64,000 nucleotides of DNA from Antechinus flavipes (Eukaryota). A program made the translations under genes and the position numbers. Below are positions 22,276 to 34,939 of this stretch, piece after piece (position 1 is the first letter of the stretch; each line of letters begins with the position of its first letter). Where the stretch lies: NCBI RefSeq assembly GCF_016432865.1, contig NC_067402.1:292888001-292952000 (forward strand), in the 5' to 3' direction. Under the pieces are notes generated by a model, which was not told the origin of the DNA, made no database searches, and saw nothing but the letters and a program-made list of their open reading frames with translations.

Positions 22276-23439
22276 ATTTCAAATTATTGGTTTCAAAGAC
22301 ATCAGCTTCATAGGCACAAGATGGGGAAGGGTAGTTTGTTCAGCAGTCCAGATGAAAAAAAGATCGAGAGCATTTAGGGAGCTATCAACTGCATATAAGT
22401 CATTACTATGACATGGCAGTGGGAGACCTGGTGTGACCTTGGGAAGCTTGCAGAATATCAGCCCCAACCAGACCCTATCTGTTGTACTATGTGTATAGTC
22501 TGGGGTACCACTTCTGAGGAAAGACACCAATACATTTTCCAATTGGATGATGATGTCCTATAAGGCTAGACTGAAGGAACGCAGAGAAGAGAATACACAA
22601 GGAGGATATGATCAGTTTTGAATGGATGTCAGGGAAAAGAGGCTCAGGGCTTTGTCCTAGTTGGCCTTGGGGAGCAGGACTAGGAAGAATGGGTGGAAAT
22701 TGCTAAGAAATAAATCAAATCTGGATGGAAAGAAGGACTTTCCTACAGGAAGGAGAGCTGTCCCAGAGTGGTGGGCTGCCTTGGAGGAAGGCTTGCAAGA
22801 TGTGTTCCAACAGAAGATCATTTCTGGAGGTAGCGTGGGATGCTTTTACTGGTAGGCAGGGCCTGGATCAGAACACCTCTCACAACCCTTTTGGATCTAA
22901 GCTTCTATGAATCTACCATTATCAAGGAAGTTGAGGAAACTGAAGTCCAGGGAATTACAGTGATTCATCCAAGCCAATGAGAGAGCCTAGATTGAAATCC
23001 CAGCTCTCTCTCCTAGTCCAGGTGGGTAAGGGGAGAAAAGATCCTGTGAACCAAACAGGGGATGGTTCTCTAAACATTGGGGTTTAGAAAGGGTTGCTCC
23101 CCAGCTAGTCAACTCTCAAAATTGCTCTGTTCTATCTAGCTAGAAGCAGAATGTGAAGACCAGAACAGAGATGATTCTTAGAACCAAGTGGAACCTAACT
23201 CTGCCTGCCTAACACTGGAACATCCTCTGCTTCTGTTAGCGAATCCCCTTGGGGCTGGCTTCATTGGTGACTTAAGCAGCTGAGATTGGAGAGCAAGTCA
23301 GCCTGCTGTGGGGTGGGGCTCCTGGGGTAATGAGCAGAGCCCCATGCTGGAAGCTGGAAAAGCTGGACTCTGCCTTTGCTGTGGGATTCAGCCAAAACTC
23401 TCTGGACTTTAGCTTGTTTGTTTGTTTTTGCTTTTGTTT

Positions 23440-23820
23440 TAATTTTTGATAATAGATTTTTATTTTCAAAATATATGCAAAGATTATTTTCAACATTCAC
23501 CCTTGCAAAATCTTGTGTTCCACATTTTTTCTCTCTCCACCTCCTCCCCTGAACAGCAAGTAGTCCAATATAGGTTAAACATGTGCAATTCTTCTATACA
23601 TATTTCCACAATGATCATGTTGCATAAGAAAAACTAGATGAAAAAGGCGGGGAAATGAGAAAGGAAAAAAAAAGCAAACAAACAACAAAAAAGGTGAAAA
23701 TACTATTTTATGATCTACATCAGTCCCCATGGTTCTTTTTCTGGATGCTGATGACTTTCCCCATCACATCTTTTGGAATTGGCCCGAATCACCTCATTGT
23801 TGAAAAGCTTCTTCATTTGT
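23440..23820 (-). mobile_element. Marsupial L1 3' UTR fragment
   Basis: Reverse complement of the same L1 3' end type (TTTCAACATTCACCCTTGCAAAATCTTGTGTTCC...). Confidence 0.7.
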
Positions 23821-23869
23821 AAAGTGAATAAATTGTATTAGACCATCTCTAAAGTACCTCGCACTCAAG

Positions 23870-24101
23870 AGTGTATTGGAGCCAACTGGTACTGGCTCCC
23901 AAGAATTGATCGTTAAAATTTTAATGTGAGCATTTATGCCTCAGAAATTGGAAAACTCTAAAAATCAGTTCTTAATTTACTGCTTTGATGACTGTCTAAA
24001 CTTAGGACAATGACAGAAAAATGTTAATAATGCAGATTAAATTTACAAATGTGTCATGAGCAAATGTTTTTCTTGGAGAGCCAGTTGTTAAACATTTACC
24101 A
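23870..24101. mobile_element. Non-autonomous hAT DNA transposon (Blackjack/MER63-like)
   Basis: GTGTATTGGAGCCAACTGGTACTGGCTC...GAAATTGGAAAACTCTAAAAATCAG...GAGAGCCAGTTGTTAAACATTTACCA resembles the recalled MER63-type consensus ends; family name tentative. Confidence 0.55.
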
Positions 24102-25509
24102 CAATTTTTCATTTTCCAATTCAGAAGCCTCCTCAGACTGTCTCAGGAAGCTAGAAGAGGGAAGGAAACTGGCGGGGGGGGAGAGGGGAGACTAAGGATC
24201 ATCCCTTCAGCACAGCTCAAGATCTTCCCCATTTAACACCATCTTAAATCTGAATGGGGATACTTGGTCCTTTTTCTCAGAAAGAGAATGTGAACTTACT
24301 CTATCAGTACCAACTTTGCTCTGGGAACCTGCCTTCCAAAGACAGGCAATTCTCAAGTATCCATCCCAGATGCATAACAGAAAAATAAAAGCGGACCCCC
24401 TAAATTGTCTGCTCGCTTTTGGAATCCAAGTAATGCCTTTGGATCCAGTTATTCTGTTGACCAATACTTGCTGTGTTGTGGCCCTGTGCCAGGCGTGGCT
24501 GTGTGTGGGAAACAGGGCTGAATGGGGCCCACCTTTGGAGGGTGGACCCACCTGGATGATTGAGTCAAGCCTGGGGTTCTCATAACTTGACTTCCAAGGC
24601 AGGTTGGAGGCATGTAGGCAATGAGGAAGCAAGTAAGGGTTGGGGATACTCAGAAGGGGAACTGAGGTACAAGCCATCTTCACCCCACTGCCCCCTACCC
24701 TTGGACCCTTTTGGGCTAGAAACAGAAGGTTTTCTTTGATATACAGCTTGTTTTTTCAAGTATTTAACAAACACATCACTTTTTTAAGATTTATTTTACT
24801 AATTCAACACATTAGTTCCCCCACTGCACCATTAGAAAAGAAAAACAAAATCTGTGTAACAAACATGACAAACAAAACAAATTCTTGCTTTAGCCTTGTC
24901 CAATAGTTGTATGTTGAAGGATTTCTTTAAGCTAAAGATTCATTGCTGTACTGATAGCCACAAGACACTAGAAATCCAGAAGTCCTCTGCCTCTACAGAG
25001 GGTTGATGGGAGGGCCAGAATGGCCATCGGGGGCAGCCTGCGTTAGCAGAGGGAGCTCTTACAGGATGAGGTCATGGAACCACTCAGTATAGATATACCA
25101 ACATATGGTGTGGGATCCCCACCTCCCCCTCTCACAGTGCTCAGCCCTGTCTTCAAGGAGCTTACAGCAAGAGGGAGACGTGAGTCACACATAGATGATT
25201 CAGAACACAGAGGATGCCCAGAAATCGGATGAAAGGACTCTTACTTTAAGGGCCAGATCAGAGAGGGCTTCCTGAGGAAGGGGGACCACCAAAGGTCCCT
25301 AAGCAGGTGACTGATAAGATTAGGGATGTATCTATCAGACAGATTTTAGCGACACTGGTGGGCAGAGATTGGAGGCCTGCCAACCTATGAGGAAGAGAGA
25401 CCAGACAAGAAATGAATAGGGTGTGAATAAGTGAGTTCATGAATATGAAGGAGAGAATCAAAGTGCCATTCAATTCAGAAACATTCATTTATTAAGGGCC
25501 TGCTATGTA

Positions 25510-25700
25510 CAGGCAGGTAGGATGGAGTGACAAGTCTGGAGTCAGGAAGACTCTAAGCAAGTCATTTAACCTTTTGTGCCTCAGTTTCCTTACCTGTAAA
25601 ATAAACTGTAGAAGGAAAGAGCAAATCCCTCCATTATCCTTGCCAAGGAAACCCCCAAAAGGGGTCCCAAGGAATCGGACATAAGCAACTAAACCGCAAC
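25510..25700 (+). mobile_element. MAR1-type CORE-SINE
   Basis: MIR core CCTCAGTTTCCTTACCTGTAAAAT plus MAR tail GAAGGAAAGAGCAAATCCCTCCATTATCCTTGCCAAGGAAACCCC. Confidence 0.7.
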
Positions 25701-26034
25701 ACTGTACTAGTTAGCGGGGCACAAAGACAAGTGATAGATAGATGCACTCAAGGTGCATAATCTGTAGAAACAGACATGGTGTAAATAGAATTGAAAAAAT
25801 TAAATAAGTGAATGTTTGCAGTTGCTGGATGGCTAGTGAGCTGAATGTCCTGTTGAGACCAGGGCTCCCCCTGGGCAGGACTATGTCTCCTCATCCTGTT
25901 TCCTTGAATGTGGGATTGGTCCACAAAAGTCTTCTGACAGAGAAGAAAAGATGGGGGAACTCTTTGATGATTGAGTTCACTTCCTGCCTTGCCCCAAATA
26001 GTCACTATCCTATCTCCCAAATTAAAAAAAAATG

Positions 26035-26150
26035 GTTAGGGGGGCAGTTAGGAGGCACAGTGGATAGAGAACTAAAGTCAGGAGGACCTGAGTTCAAATC
26101 TGTGTAACTCTGGGCAAGTCACTTAAACCCCCCCTCCCCCGCCAAAAGAA
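26035..26150 (+). mobile_element. Marsupial SINE, truncated
   Basis: GGGGCAGTTAGGAGGCACAGTGGATAGAG...GAGTTCAAATC...GGGCAAGTCACTTAA. Confidence 0.75.
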
Positions 26151-27989
26151 AAATGATTAAACTTTCCTATCCCCCTGCCCTGATTTCATTCCCCACTCCC
26201 CCTACCCCAATCCTGTGTCCCATCAAATACCCACTGGATTTCCCTAACTGGATGAATCTCAAATCCAACTGCCATTGGGAGAAAATGCCTCTTTATGAAC
26301 TGATCCCAAATCTCGTGATTCTCTGTCCCCTTGATTCAGTACTGAAAGACCTTCACAGTCTCTTCTGCCTGTTTCCCAGTCTTACTGCACACTGCTCCCA
26401 ATGCGCCCTACAGTCCAGCCTTGCCGTATCCTCAGACACGCCTCTCTCTCACTTCTTCTCCTTTGCCCAGAGAGCTCGCACCCTCAAGCCTGGCACACCT
26501 TTCCTCTTCTACCTGCCCCTCTTTAGACCATCTGAGATCCCGGGGCTGAGCCCCAGGGCTGCCTCTTGCAGGAAGTCTCTCTGGATCTCAGCAGCCCCGC
26601 TCCTCCCCACTATGACCTCATACTTACTGACAAGACATGTGTTTCCCCTGATACAAGTAGAGGTTCCTCGGGATCTGGGATGTCTCCTCATCCCAGAGTC
26701 TGACACTGAACCTGCACATAGCAGATGCTGCAAATGGGAGGTCTCCCTGTGGCCTGTTCTCACTTGTCATGATTTGGTAGCTGCACTCTGCTGGATTCTA
26801 CCCGATCCACAGAATTGTGGCAAAGAAAGGTAGGAAATCAAGCAAAGATGCCACAAAGAGCTGTGGAGGGGGTGTTGTCAAGCTCAGATGGGAATCCAGC
26901 TCTACTTTTCTAGGGGCATGGGAAGCTCAGGCATAACCAATTTTAGGGCCTGCAGATTCAATGGCAGCCAGGAGACTTTCAAGGCAGCAAAAAAGTGAAT
27001 GCAGCCAGAAGCTCCCTTTAAGAAAAGCCCCAAGGGAAGCAGTGGGTCTGTTTCTGGATTCTACATTTTAGGAAGGGCATCAGCAGCTAGGGCAGATCCA
27101 TAAGAAGGCAGCTTGGACAGGGATGGGGGTGGAAAGGGTCAAAGACTTTCAAACCAAGCCTTCATGCGATTAGCTGAAGAAACTGAGAATATTTGGCCTG
27201 GAAAAGAGAAGTCCTGGGGGATGAGGAAAGGGGATGGGGGATGCTCACAGATTTCCCATAATTAAAAGATGGCCACTTGGGAGAAGAATTAAACAAATTC
27301 TGCTGGGCACTAGAGAGCAGAGCTAGAGGCACTGCAGAGAAGGGGCCAAAATGCAAATTTAGGTTTGGTGTCAGGAAAGACTGCTTAATAATTAGGGCTG
27401 TCCCAAACTGCAACAGACTGCTTTGGGAGGGAGGGAGCTCTCTCCAGCCAGCTTTTCAGAATGAATGCTTTCTTCCCTTATTCTCTGGACTCCCTGAGAC
27501 TCCCCTGTCCTTTTCTGTGTCCTCCTGATCCCCTTGCGATCTCCCTTAGACCCCAGCTCCCAGAGATGTCCCAGAAGGGAACGGGTCACCTCTCACTGAA
27601 GCTCAAGCAGAGGTCAGGCAACCACTTGTGGAGTACATCCTAGGAAGGATGGATCAAGTGACTGCTAAGATCTCTTCTAGCGCCACGATTGAAGAATGAT
27701 TTGGGATAAATCACTTTCCTCTTGATCTTCATCTGCAAAATGGGGTAGCTGATGGTAGCTCCTTGCCTCCCAAAACTGTCAGGAGGCTTAAAAGGGCATA
27801 AATGCCTGAGGGCAGGTGAGAGTGAGAGAGAGGAAAGGAAACTAGGAGAGTGTTAATAATTGGGAGATCAGAAAATGCTTCATGAATCATCTGGCAGAAA
27901 TCAGGCCTAGAGCAACATCTGATACCACATGCTAAGACAAGGTCCAAATGGATAAATGATCCAGGGTGACATCATAATCAAATTAGAGG

Positions 27990-28760
27990 AGCAAGGAAAA
28001 AAATGAACAGATGTACAGATTACCAAACAAAGTAGAGAAGATACAAGAAGATAAAAGAGACAATTTTGATTATATGAAATTAAAAAGATGTTGCATAAAA
28101 TCATTTCAGTTGAAACTAACCTTTGCAGCAGGTTTCTCTGATAAGATCTTATTTTCAAGATGTAGGGAGGACTGAGTTTAATGTATAAGACTAAAAGCTA
28201 TTCTCTAGTTGATCAGAGGATATGAAAAAGTAGCTTATCAGAGGAAGAAATCTAAACAAGAAATAACCATATAAAATGCTCCAAATATTACTAATAATTA
28301 GAGAAATGAAAATTAAAGTAACTCTGGAATTCTACTTTATATCCATCAGATTGGCAAAGATGACAAAAAAGAAATGACAAAAGTCGGAGGGGTTACAGAA
28401 AAACAGGCACTCTAATGCATTGTTGATGGAGTTGCAAATTAATTGGTCCAATTATTTGGAAAAGCAATTTGGATCTATTTCTCCCAAAATCACTAAATTG
28501 GGCTTATCCTTTGATCCAGTAATATCATCACTACTTTGCCTCACAGAATTCAAGAAAGAAGGAAAAGGACTTGTATGCACAAAATATTTATAGCAGCAAA
28601 CAACAACTGTTTTTAAAGGAAAACAACTCGGAAAGACTTTGAGACAACATCAGTGCAATGTCAAGTCACTGTTCAAGAATCCCAAAGATGAAGCATGCTA
28701 CCAACCTCTAATAGAGAGGGAGACATACAGAAGGAAACGGGTTTTTGAACAATTCAGGAT
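27990..28760 (+). mobile_element. Old L1 ORF2 C-terminal fragment
   Basis: Degenerate FAA.FSDK.LI.K.Y.EL...YK.KS.S..D region and downstream L1 motifs. Confidence 0.7.
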
Positions 28761-28899
28761 TTGCTTTGTTTGACTATGCCCATCAGAAGGTTTATTTTTT
28801 AAATGGCGAGTGAGGGGAAGATGGGAGAGAGACCAAAAATAAGATATGTTAAATGAAAAAGGAAAATACTTTGTAAACTAGATAACACCTGGGTATTAC

Positions 28900-29700
28900 T
28901 GAAGAAAGCTGTGAATCCTGAAAGACTGAAAAGAGAAAAGAATATACTCCTAGAATAGGGCACAGCTTGGGCAAATGTGCCATGAAAGGCAATAGAGCAA
29001 TGAGTTTGGAGAAAGACAACTACGAGGTCCTTGGGAGAGGGAAGGCAGGAAGGAGAGTGATGTGACATTAGGCAAGATCAGGATCAGATCATTGAAAGAC
29101 TTAAAGGCTAAGGACTTTGCATTTTAACCTATCAATTGGAACTATGGTTATAGTTCAAAAGAAATAAGGATAGGGTTGGGTGGGGGAGGGAAGAAGGTAG
29201 AGAATTTAGAATTCAAAATTTTAGAAATGAGTGTTAAAAATTGTCTTTACATGTAAGTGGGGGAAATAAATAGTAAATAAAATTTCAAAAGAAATAAGTG
29301 AATTTATTGAAAGAGAAGGATTAAGCTAGGATCAGTTCTGGTTTGGGCATGCTGCATTTGAGATGTTAATGTTTTATCATAAAATTACTAAGCTTATTCT
29401 GAGTTCCCTAGGACAAAATGCAAACTTCTCTGTTGGACACAATCTTCCTCAATGTATCTTCCCAGGTAGATCATTCCCCTTCACACACTATTCTATGTCC
29501 TGACCAGGTGAGCCCATTTCCCATTCTCTAAACATCATATTTCATCTTCGGCTTTTGTGTCTTTGCATAGGTTGTGTACCATTCCAGGGATGCTCTCTTT
29601 ATCCTCTTAGAATTCCTAACTTCTTTCCCAATGCAGCTCCAGGACTACCTCTGACTGGAGGCTTGCCCGGGTCCTCTCAACTAAAAGCACCATTCCCCCC
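28900..29700. mobile_element. L2 fragments (both orientations)
   Basis: Similarity to L2 3' half (CTTTGCATAGGTTGTGTACCATTCCAGGGATGCTCTC and reverse-strand counterpart). Confidence 0.5.
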
Positions 29701-29750
29701 AAGGGGAATCCCTCCATGTCCTTAGCTCTTTTATATTCTGAGTGAGTGGC

Positions 29751-29832
29751 GTGTGTATGTGTGTGTGTGTGTGTGTGTATGTGTGTGTGTGTGTGTGTGT
29801 GTGTTTATAATATATATATTACAGCAGTTGGG

Positions 29833-29874
<42 letters not shown>
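29751..29874. repeat. Inverted microsatellite pair (GT)~27 - 30-bp spacer - (AC)20
   Basis: GT tract 29751-29804 (two GTAT interruptions), TA-containing spacer 29805-29834, AC tract 29835-29874. Confidence 0.95.
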
Positions 29875-29876
<2 letters not shown>

Positions 29877-31249
29877 CAGCAGTTGGTCCCAGAGTAGACT
29901 TGAACCTAAAATCTCAGCAAGATCATTTTGGCAGCTGGGAGCTGTATGGATATTTTAAAAATAAAGCTAACTGACACATTAAAATAATTATGAAGATGAC
30001 AAAAATAATAATGGGCTCAAATCTGAATTAAGGTTTACAAAAAGCTCCTTGCACATTATCTCATCAATACTGTTACAGCTCACTGAAACATTCAAGCATC
30101 TATTTTAGAATCCGAGACCTTTAGAAGGACCTCAGGGGCCACCCAGTTCAGTCTCCAGCTCGGCTCGGAGATGCTCTCCACAGCATCCTTATCAGGGGTC
30201 ATTCAGCTGATGCTTGGGCATTTGTAATGAGGGACTTCACTAGCAGAGAAGGGAACCTGCTCCGCTCCTGGATAGCTGTTATCATTAGACAGTCCTCCTT
30301 CCATCCAGCTCAATTTAGCTTCTTGGAACCTTTCCCTTCTATTCCTGCTCTTGTCTTTTAGAGCTAAGTAAAACAAGGCGAATTTCCCTTCTTTCAAATA
30401 GGCAGCTATTATATCATTTACCTCCCCCCCCATTCCCTTCTCAGTTAGTTAAATCCCCCCCTTTTCCAGCTAAGCATCCCTATCTCATTTCTTCAACAAC
30501 AAAAAATAGAGTCCTAGGTCTACAATTCTGACAACTGCCCTAAGGCTAGATACCACATGTCTAGCTCCCTCCCAAGCCCAGCCTCACCCCAGACCAATCT
30601 CTTCTCAGTTTGAGGCCCCAGAAAGTTGGGACCCACCCACTGGATCTCATCTGACTTAGTCTCCCATTGGTTTTTCTACTGACCAAGAAATGCCAACCTG
30701 CCAGTGCCAGTCCCCTTCTCCACGGAAAGTCTGCATTTATTTAAAACAGGGTAATTCACCCCCCTAAGTGCAAGACATACCCGGGTATTTTTGCACACCA
30801 GCGTGGGTACTGAGATGGTTGTTGTCTGGGATCCCCAAGCAAATGTAGGTGTTTCTCCTCCTTCTGCATGGATGATGATGGGGAGATGCCTGCCAGTACA
30901 TTAGCCCTCTCTGGGATCCTATGTTACCAGGGGCTGGAACACTCTGGGTGGGTGGCTGTGACCAGGTATCAGGGCTTTTCCTTACAGGAAGAGCTGAACG
31001 TAATTTTAAGCGGTCACATGGGCACCGAGGAAACATAGGAAGGCCCCACTTAACCCAGGGCCCAGGGAAGGAGGGCCCACTTCTGTGGCCGCTCCTGCCA
31101 GGCAACTGTTTCCTGGTGATGGGGCTGGGGATACTCCCTGGTACCCAGGGCTTCTGGAGGCTCCTGAGGGAAGGGCGCCTGGCCTCTATTTTCCCATTCT
31201 GTGGGGAGGCCCTGAGGTCCTGAGCCAGCCCCCACGGTGCTTTCTAGGG

Positions 31250-32850
31250 CCCCCTTGGAGCTGTCCAGCGCCAGGCTTCCTGGCTCCCTCGGGATCGCGG
31301 CGCCCGGCCGCCTCTTCTAAGAGGCTGGGGCGGTGAAAGCTGGGAGGGTCTGCTCACCTCCCGTGCCCCTCACTCACGCTCACCCACACACGCACGTCTG
31401 GTCCCTATGGTGCCCGGACATCCTTCCCCAACCCTTGTGCTTGTCTGGTCTCTCTCTTCCCCCTCACTCCATCTTGGGCAAAGAGCAGGGGAAGCCGAAG
31501 CTCGGGAGGAGATAAGGAAGCTCCGGGGAGGGAGAGACCGGGCAGCCCCGGAGGAAGAGAGGAGGGAGGGTGGGAGGAGGGCTGCCCCCCACCCCGGGGG
31601 CCGGGCCGGGTCTTACCCGCGAAGTTCTTGGTGAAGACGAGCGTGACGAGCAGGATGGGCACGAGCACGGTGCCGATGGTGACCACGCGGTCGAAGGGCA
31701 GCTCCAGCTTGAGCTGCAGCAGCAGCGCGGCCAGCGCGCCCGCCTTGTCGTCCTGGGCTCCGGGCAGGATGAGCTCCCGCAGCTTCTCGCCCGCCAACAG
31801 CGCCGTCGCCATGTCCGCGGGCTGCTCCAGCAGGTGGTGCATGGGGGGTCGCGGGGCCCGGCCGGCGGCCCGGGAGGGGGAGGCCTGGGGGGCTGCGGGG
31901 AGCCCGGAGGGCCCCCGGCCCCGCGGCGGGGGCGGCGGCGGGGCTGCCCCTGCCCCGGCCGGGCGCTGTGGCTGCCGCTGCCGCTGCCTCCCCGGCGGCG
32001 GCGTTCAAGTCCAAGGCTGGGCGGCCGGCCGGCCTGGGGGGCGGAGGCGGGGGCGCCCGGCTCGGAGCCCCGCTCCAGGCCCGGCCCGGGCCGGCGTCCT
32101 GCCTCGCCTCGCCTCCCGTTCGGGCACTCCCTCACTCTTTGGGCCGGCCCGGGCCCGGCCGCCGCGGGACCCCGCGCCCCCCGGAGGCCACTGCGGACAC
32201 CCCCTCCCCCCGGCCCCGGGCGGCCCGGAGCGCGGGAGCGGGGAGGGGGCGCGGGGCCTGTTTACCTCCGGCAACTTGGCGGCGCGCGCGGCTTCTCCCC
32301 GCGGCCCCCTCCCCTCTGTGGGTCCCCCTCCCCCGTCCCCCCCCACACCGCCCCCCGCGGCAGCTGCGGCGGCTCCGATGACTTGGCAAAAAAAAAAAAA
32401 AAATTACATGAAAGGGCCCAGAAAAGCTCCAAGCTCGCCCCTCCCCTTCCTTCCCGCTGGCACTCCCTCCGGGTCTCCCGCTCGCCCGCCCGTTAGTGTG
32501 TCTCCCACCCGGCTGCTCCCCGCTCTGCGTCTCAGTCTCCGTGGGTCTGGCTCTCTAGTGTCTGGCCCTATCGGGCTGCCGGGCTGCGCAAGCGGCGGCG
32601 GGGAGGAGGAGGAGGAGGAGGGAGGGGAAGAGGGGGAGGACAGAGGCACTGGCATTCACGGGGGGAGCCGGGGAGGACTTAGGGGAGGCGCCCCCGCCCG
32701 CCCTCACATCTGGCCGATGGGGTCTGGGCGCAGCTGCAACACGTGGCCCACGCCCTGCCTGCCTCTTCTCCAGCCCCTGTGTCCCTGCATCCCTCCTATA
32801 CCCCGCCCGGTAGCAGCCGGGGTTCCGGGCCCACCCCACTCCGAACCCCG
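31250..32850. promoter_or_regulatory. PANX2: PANX2 promoter CpG island
   Basis: Extremely GC/CpG-rich region covering exon 1 and ~1 kb upstream. Confidence 0.85.
31617..31842 (-). CDS. PANX2: Pannexin 2, coding exon 1 (226 bp)
   Basis: MHHLLEQPADMATALLAGEKLRELILPGAQDDKAGALAALLLQLKLELPFDRVVTIGTVLVPILLVTLVFTKNFA; donor GCGG|GTAAGA at 31617/31616. Exons 226+1446+362 = 2034 nt = 677 aa + stop. Confidence 0.98.
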
Positions 32851-34049
32851 CATATGGGACTCCTGTGTCTCTGCTCTCCTGCCCTACTGGCTGTCCCCAG
32901 CACCCTCTGCGGCCCTCTCCCGATGTTTCTGCCGATTGCCAATCCCCCCCTCCCAATATGGCTCTCTGTTCTGGTCTCTCCGGGGCACTCTGCCCGCAGC
33001 CCCTGGCGCATCCTTTCCCCTCCAGCCCTCTTCTGCCTCGTTCTTTGGGGGGCCCCGTAGGTGGCAGCATCTGGCAGGGAAACCCCCGCAGAAATAATTG
33101 GGTCGGAAGGAGGGAAAACAGGGAAGGAAGGTGGACCTGGCTCCAAAGAGTACGAATCAACTTTGAGTAGCTTTCTGTCTGCCAAATCAGGGGACACTAG
33201 AAAACCGTTCCCCATCATCATCACTCCCGGCACCTTCATCAGTGACAGGCCCGGTGAAAAGAGCTCTGCCCTTGGGGACTCCGGCTGAGCCAGAAGGAGC
33301 AAAGAAAGTGTAGGTCTAGCTGGGCTCTGCTACCTTAGATCATCTCTGAGCATGGATCTCGGTGAAAGGAGAGGGTTGCATTAAATCAACCCATTGCCTC
33401 CTCTTTAAAGTGAGCATGATTATGTTTGTACTACTTAACTTAGGAGGTGTTGTGTGGAGAGGCCTCTGGGAGCCCTTAATATGCTACAATCACAGAAGCT
33501 TTTGTCTTGCCTCTTTTTCAGCACTTTCCCCATTATCACCTGTCACTGAAGGGAAAGGGATTGTGGTTATTATCATTATGATTATTTTTGTGGATGTGAA
33601 CTCTAAGGGTGCCTTGTGAGGCTGGATCCAATTATTCGAATCTCTGATTCCATTTGATTGTGTTTCCTTATGACTCTTCCACAGTCATCCTTCAATGATT
33701 CCTTGTGGCATGGTGGCAACCCTGGTCTGTCAAAGTCTCTGCCAGTGAAGTCTAAATTCTAGCTCATTCTTCAGAACTGAGGAAGCTGTGAGGATGGTCC
33801 CAGAATCAGCCTGAATCTGCTGTTTTCTGAGGGCCAGTCTAGCCAAGTATAGAGTGGATCATCACCAGTAGGCTGGCTACTTCATGATCAGTTCTTTGGT
33901 CATGGCAAGTCACAACTTAAAGACAAATATGAAATGTTCCTCAGTGCCTTCTAAGTCTACAGTGACAGTGGCTGGGATAGAAGAGGGGACAGAGAATGTT
34001 AGAATCATAGAATTTTTAGACCTCTATCAACTTTAACTTAGCTATGGTA

Positions 34050-34850
34050 CTCTAAATGCAAGGTCTTTGTTCAGTGATTTATCAATCAATCAACAATCAT
34101 ATATTAAGAGTCTGTTAGCTGTCTGGGGATACAAGGAAGCCTACCCCCCAAAAAAGGCCCCCTATCCTCCAGAAGCTTCTGAATCAATGAGGAGACACTC
34201 TGAAAACAATTAGGTACAAACAAGGTAGACAGAAAGTCATCTCAGAGAAGGCACTAAATTCAGAGCAGAAGCTGGTTAGACCTGTGGCAGAAGGTGACAC
34301 CTGAGCTGATTCCAAAAGGTGAAGATGGGAAGGGAGAACTTTCCAGGGCTGGGGAACAACCAGTGCAAAAAGACTCCAGAGTTTGAGTGAAAATGCAAAG
34401 GGAAGGAACTAGGGAGGAAGAATGATGAGCCAGGGCTGTGACTGGATAAGGAAGAGGACATATGGGATAGAAATGATGAGATTTAGCGATGGTTGGATGT
34501 ATGGTGTGAGGGAAGGGAAAAAGGGGAAGGAAATATCCTGGAGGATTTAAAAGACGGTGGTGTTCTCAATAGTAATGATGGATTGGGAAGAGGGGATGTT
34601 CTGTTTTAAAAGGATTGAGTGTGAGATGTCTCTCTGGGGCATCCATAGAGAGTAGGGATGATGAGAGCAATTTGCTAAAAAGGAAGAGAGGATGAGATCA
34701 TAGGAACTCGTAGAGGAATTGGTTTTTGTAAAGAGAAGGATCACTTTATCATAGATGAAAAAAGGACAAGGTAGTGGGATGATGATAGCGGGATGTGGGA
34801 TGAGGAGAGGATAGAAGAGGAACTCTGGGAGAAGGACCTACATTTTATTT
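34050..34850 (-). mobile_element. L2 LINE 3' region
   Basis: Begins with reverse-complemented L2 3' end (ATCAATCAATCAACAATCATATTAAG...), purine-rich L2 body follows. Confidence 0.65.
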
Positions 34851-34939
34851 AATTTTTTGGTATTGTATCACTCATGGAAACTGCAGCAAAATGAAAGGAT
34901 GTTTACAGGTTCTCTCTGAAGAAGAAAAGAGGAGGGTTT

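Larger units (their letters stand above)
21150..22900 (+). mobile_element. L3/CR1 LINE RT and 3' end, split by younger insertions
   Basis: NV..IFKKG (21172-21205), TNL.SF, DFS..FD (~21440) motifs; 3' portion resumes after ~22275. Confidence 0.7.

Noticed and set aside
32889-32904. Possible REST/RE1 site near PANX2 (GGCTGTCC CCAGCACC)
   Set aside because: Half-sites are in non-canonical order and orientation; not supportable without ChIP data.
31570-33097. 308-aa and 489-aa + strand ORFs across the PANX2 CpG island
   Set aside because: Low-complexity G/A/P/R translations typical of CpG islands; partly antisense to exon 1.
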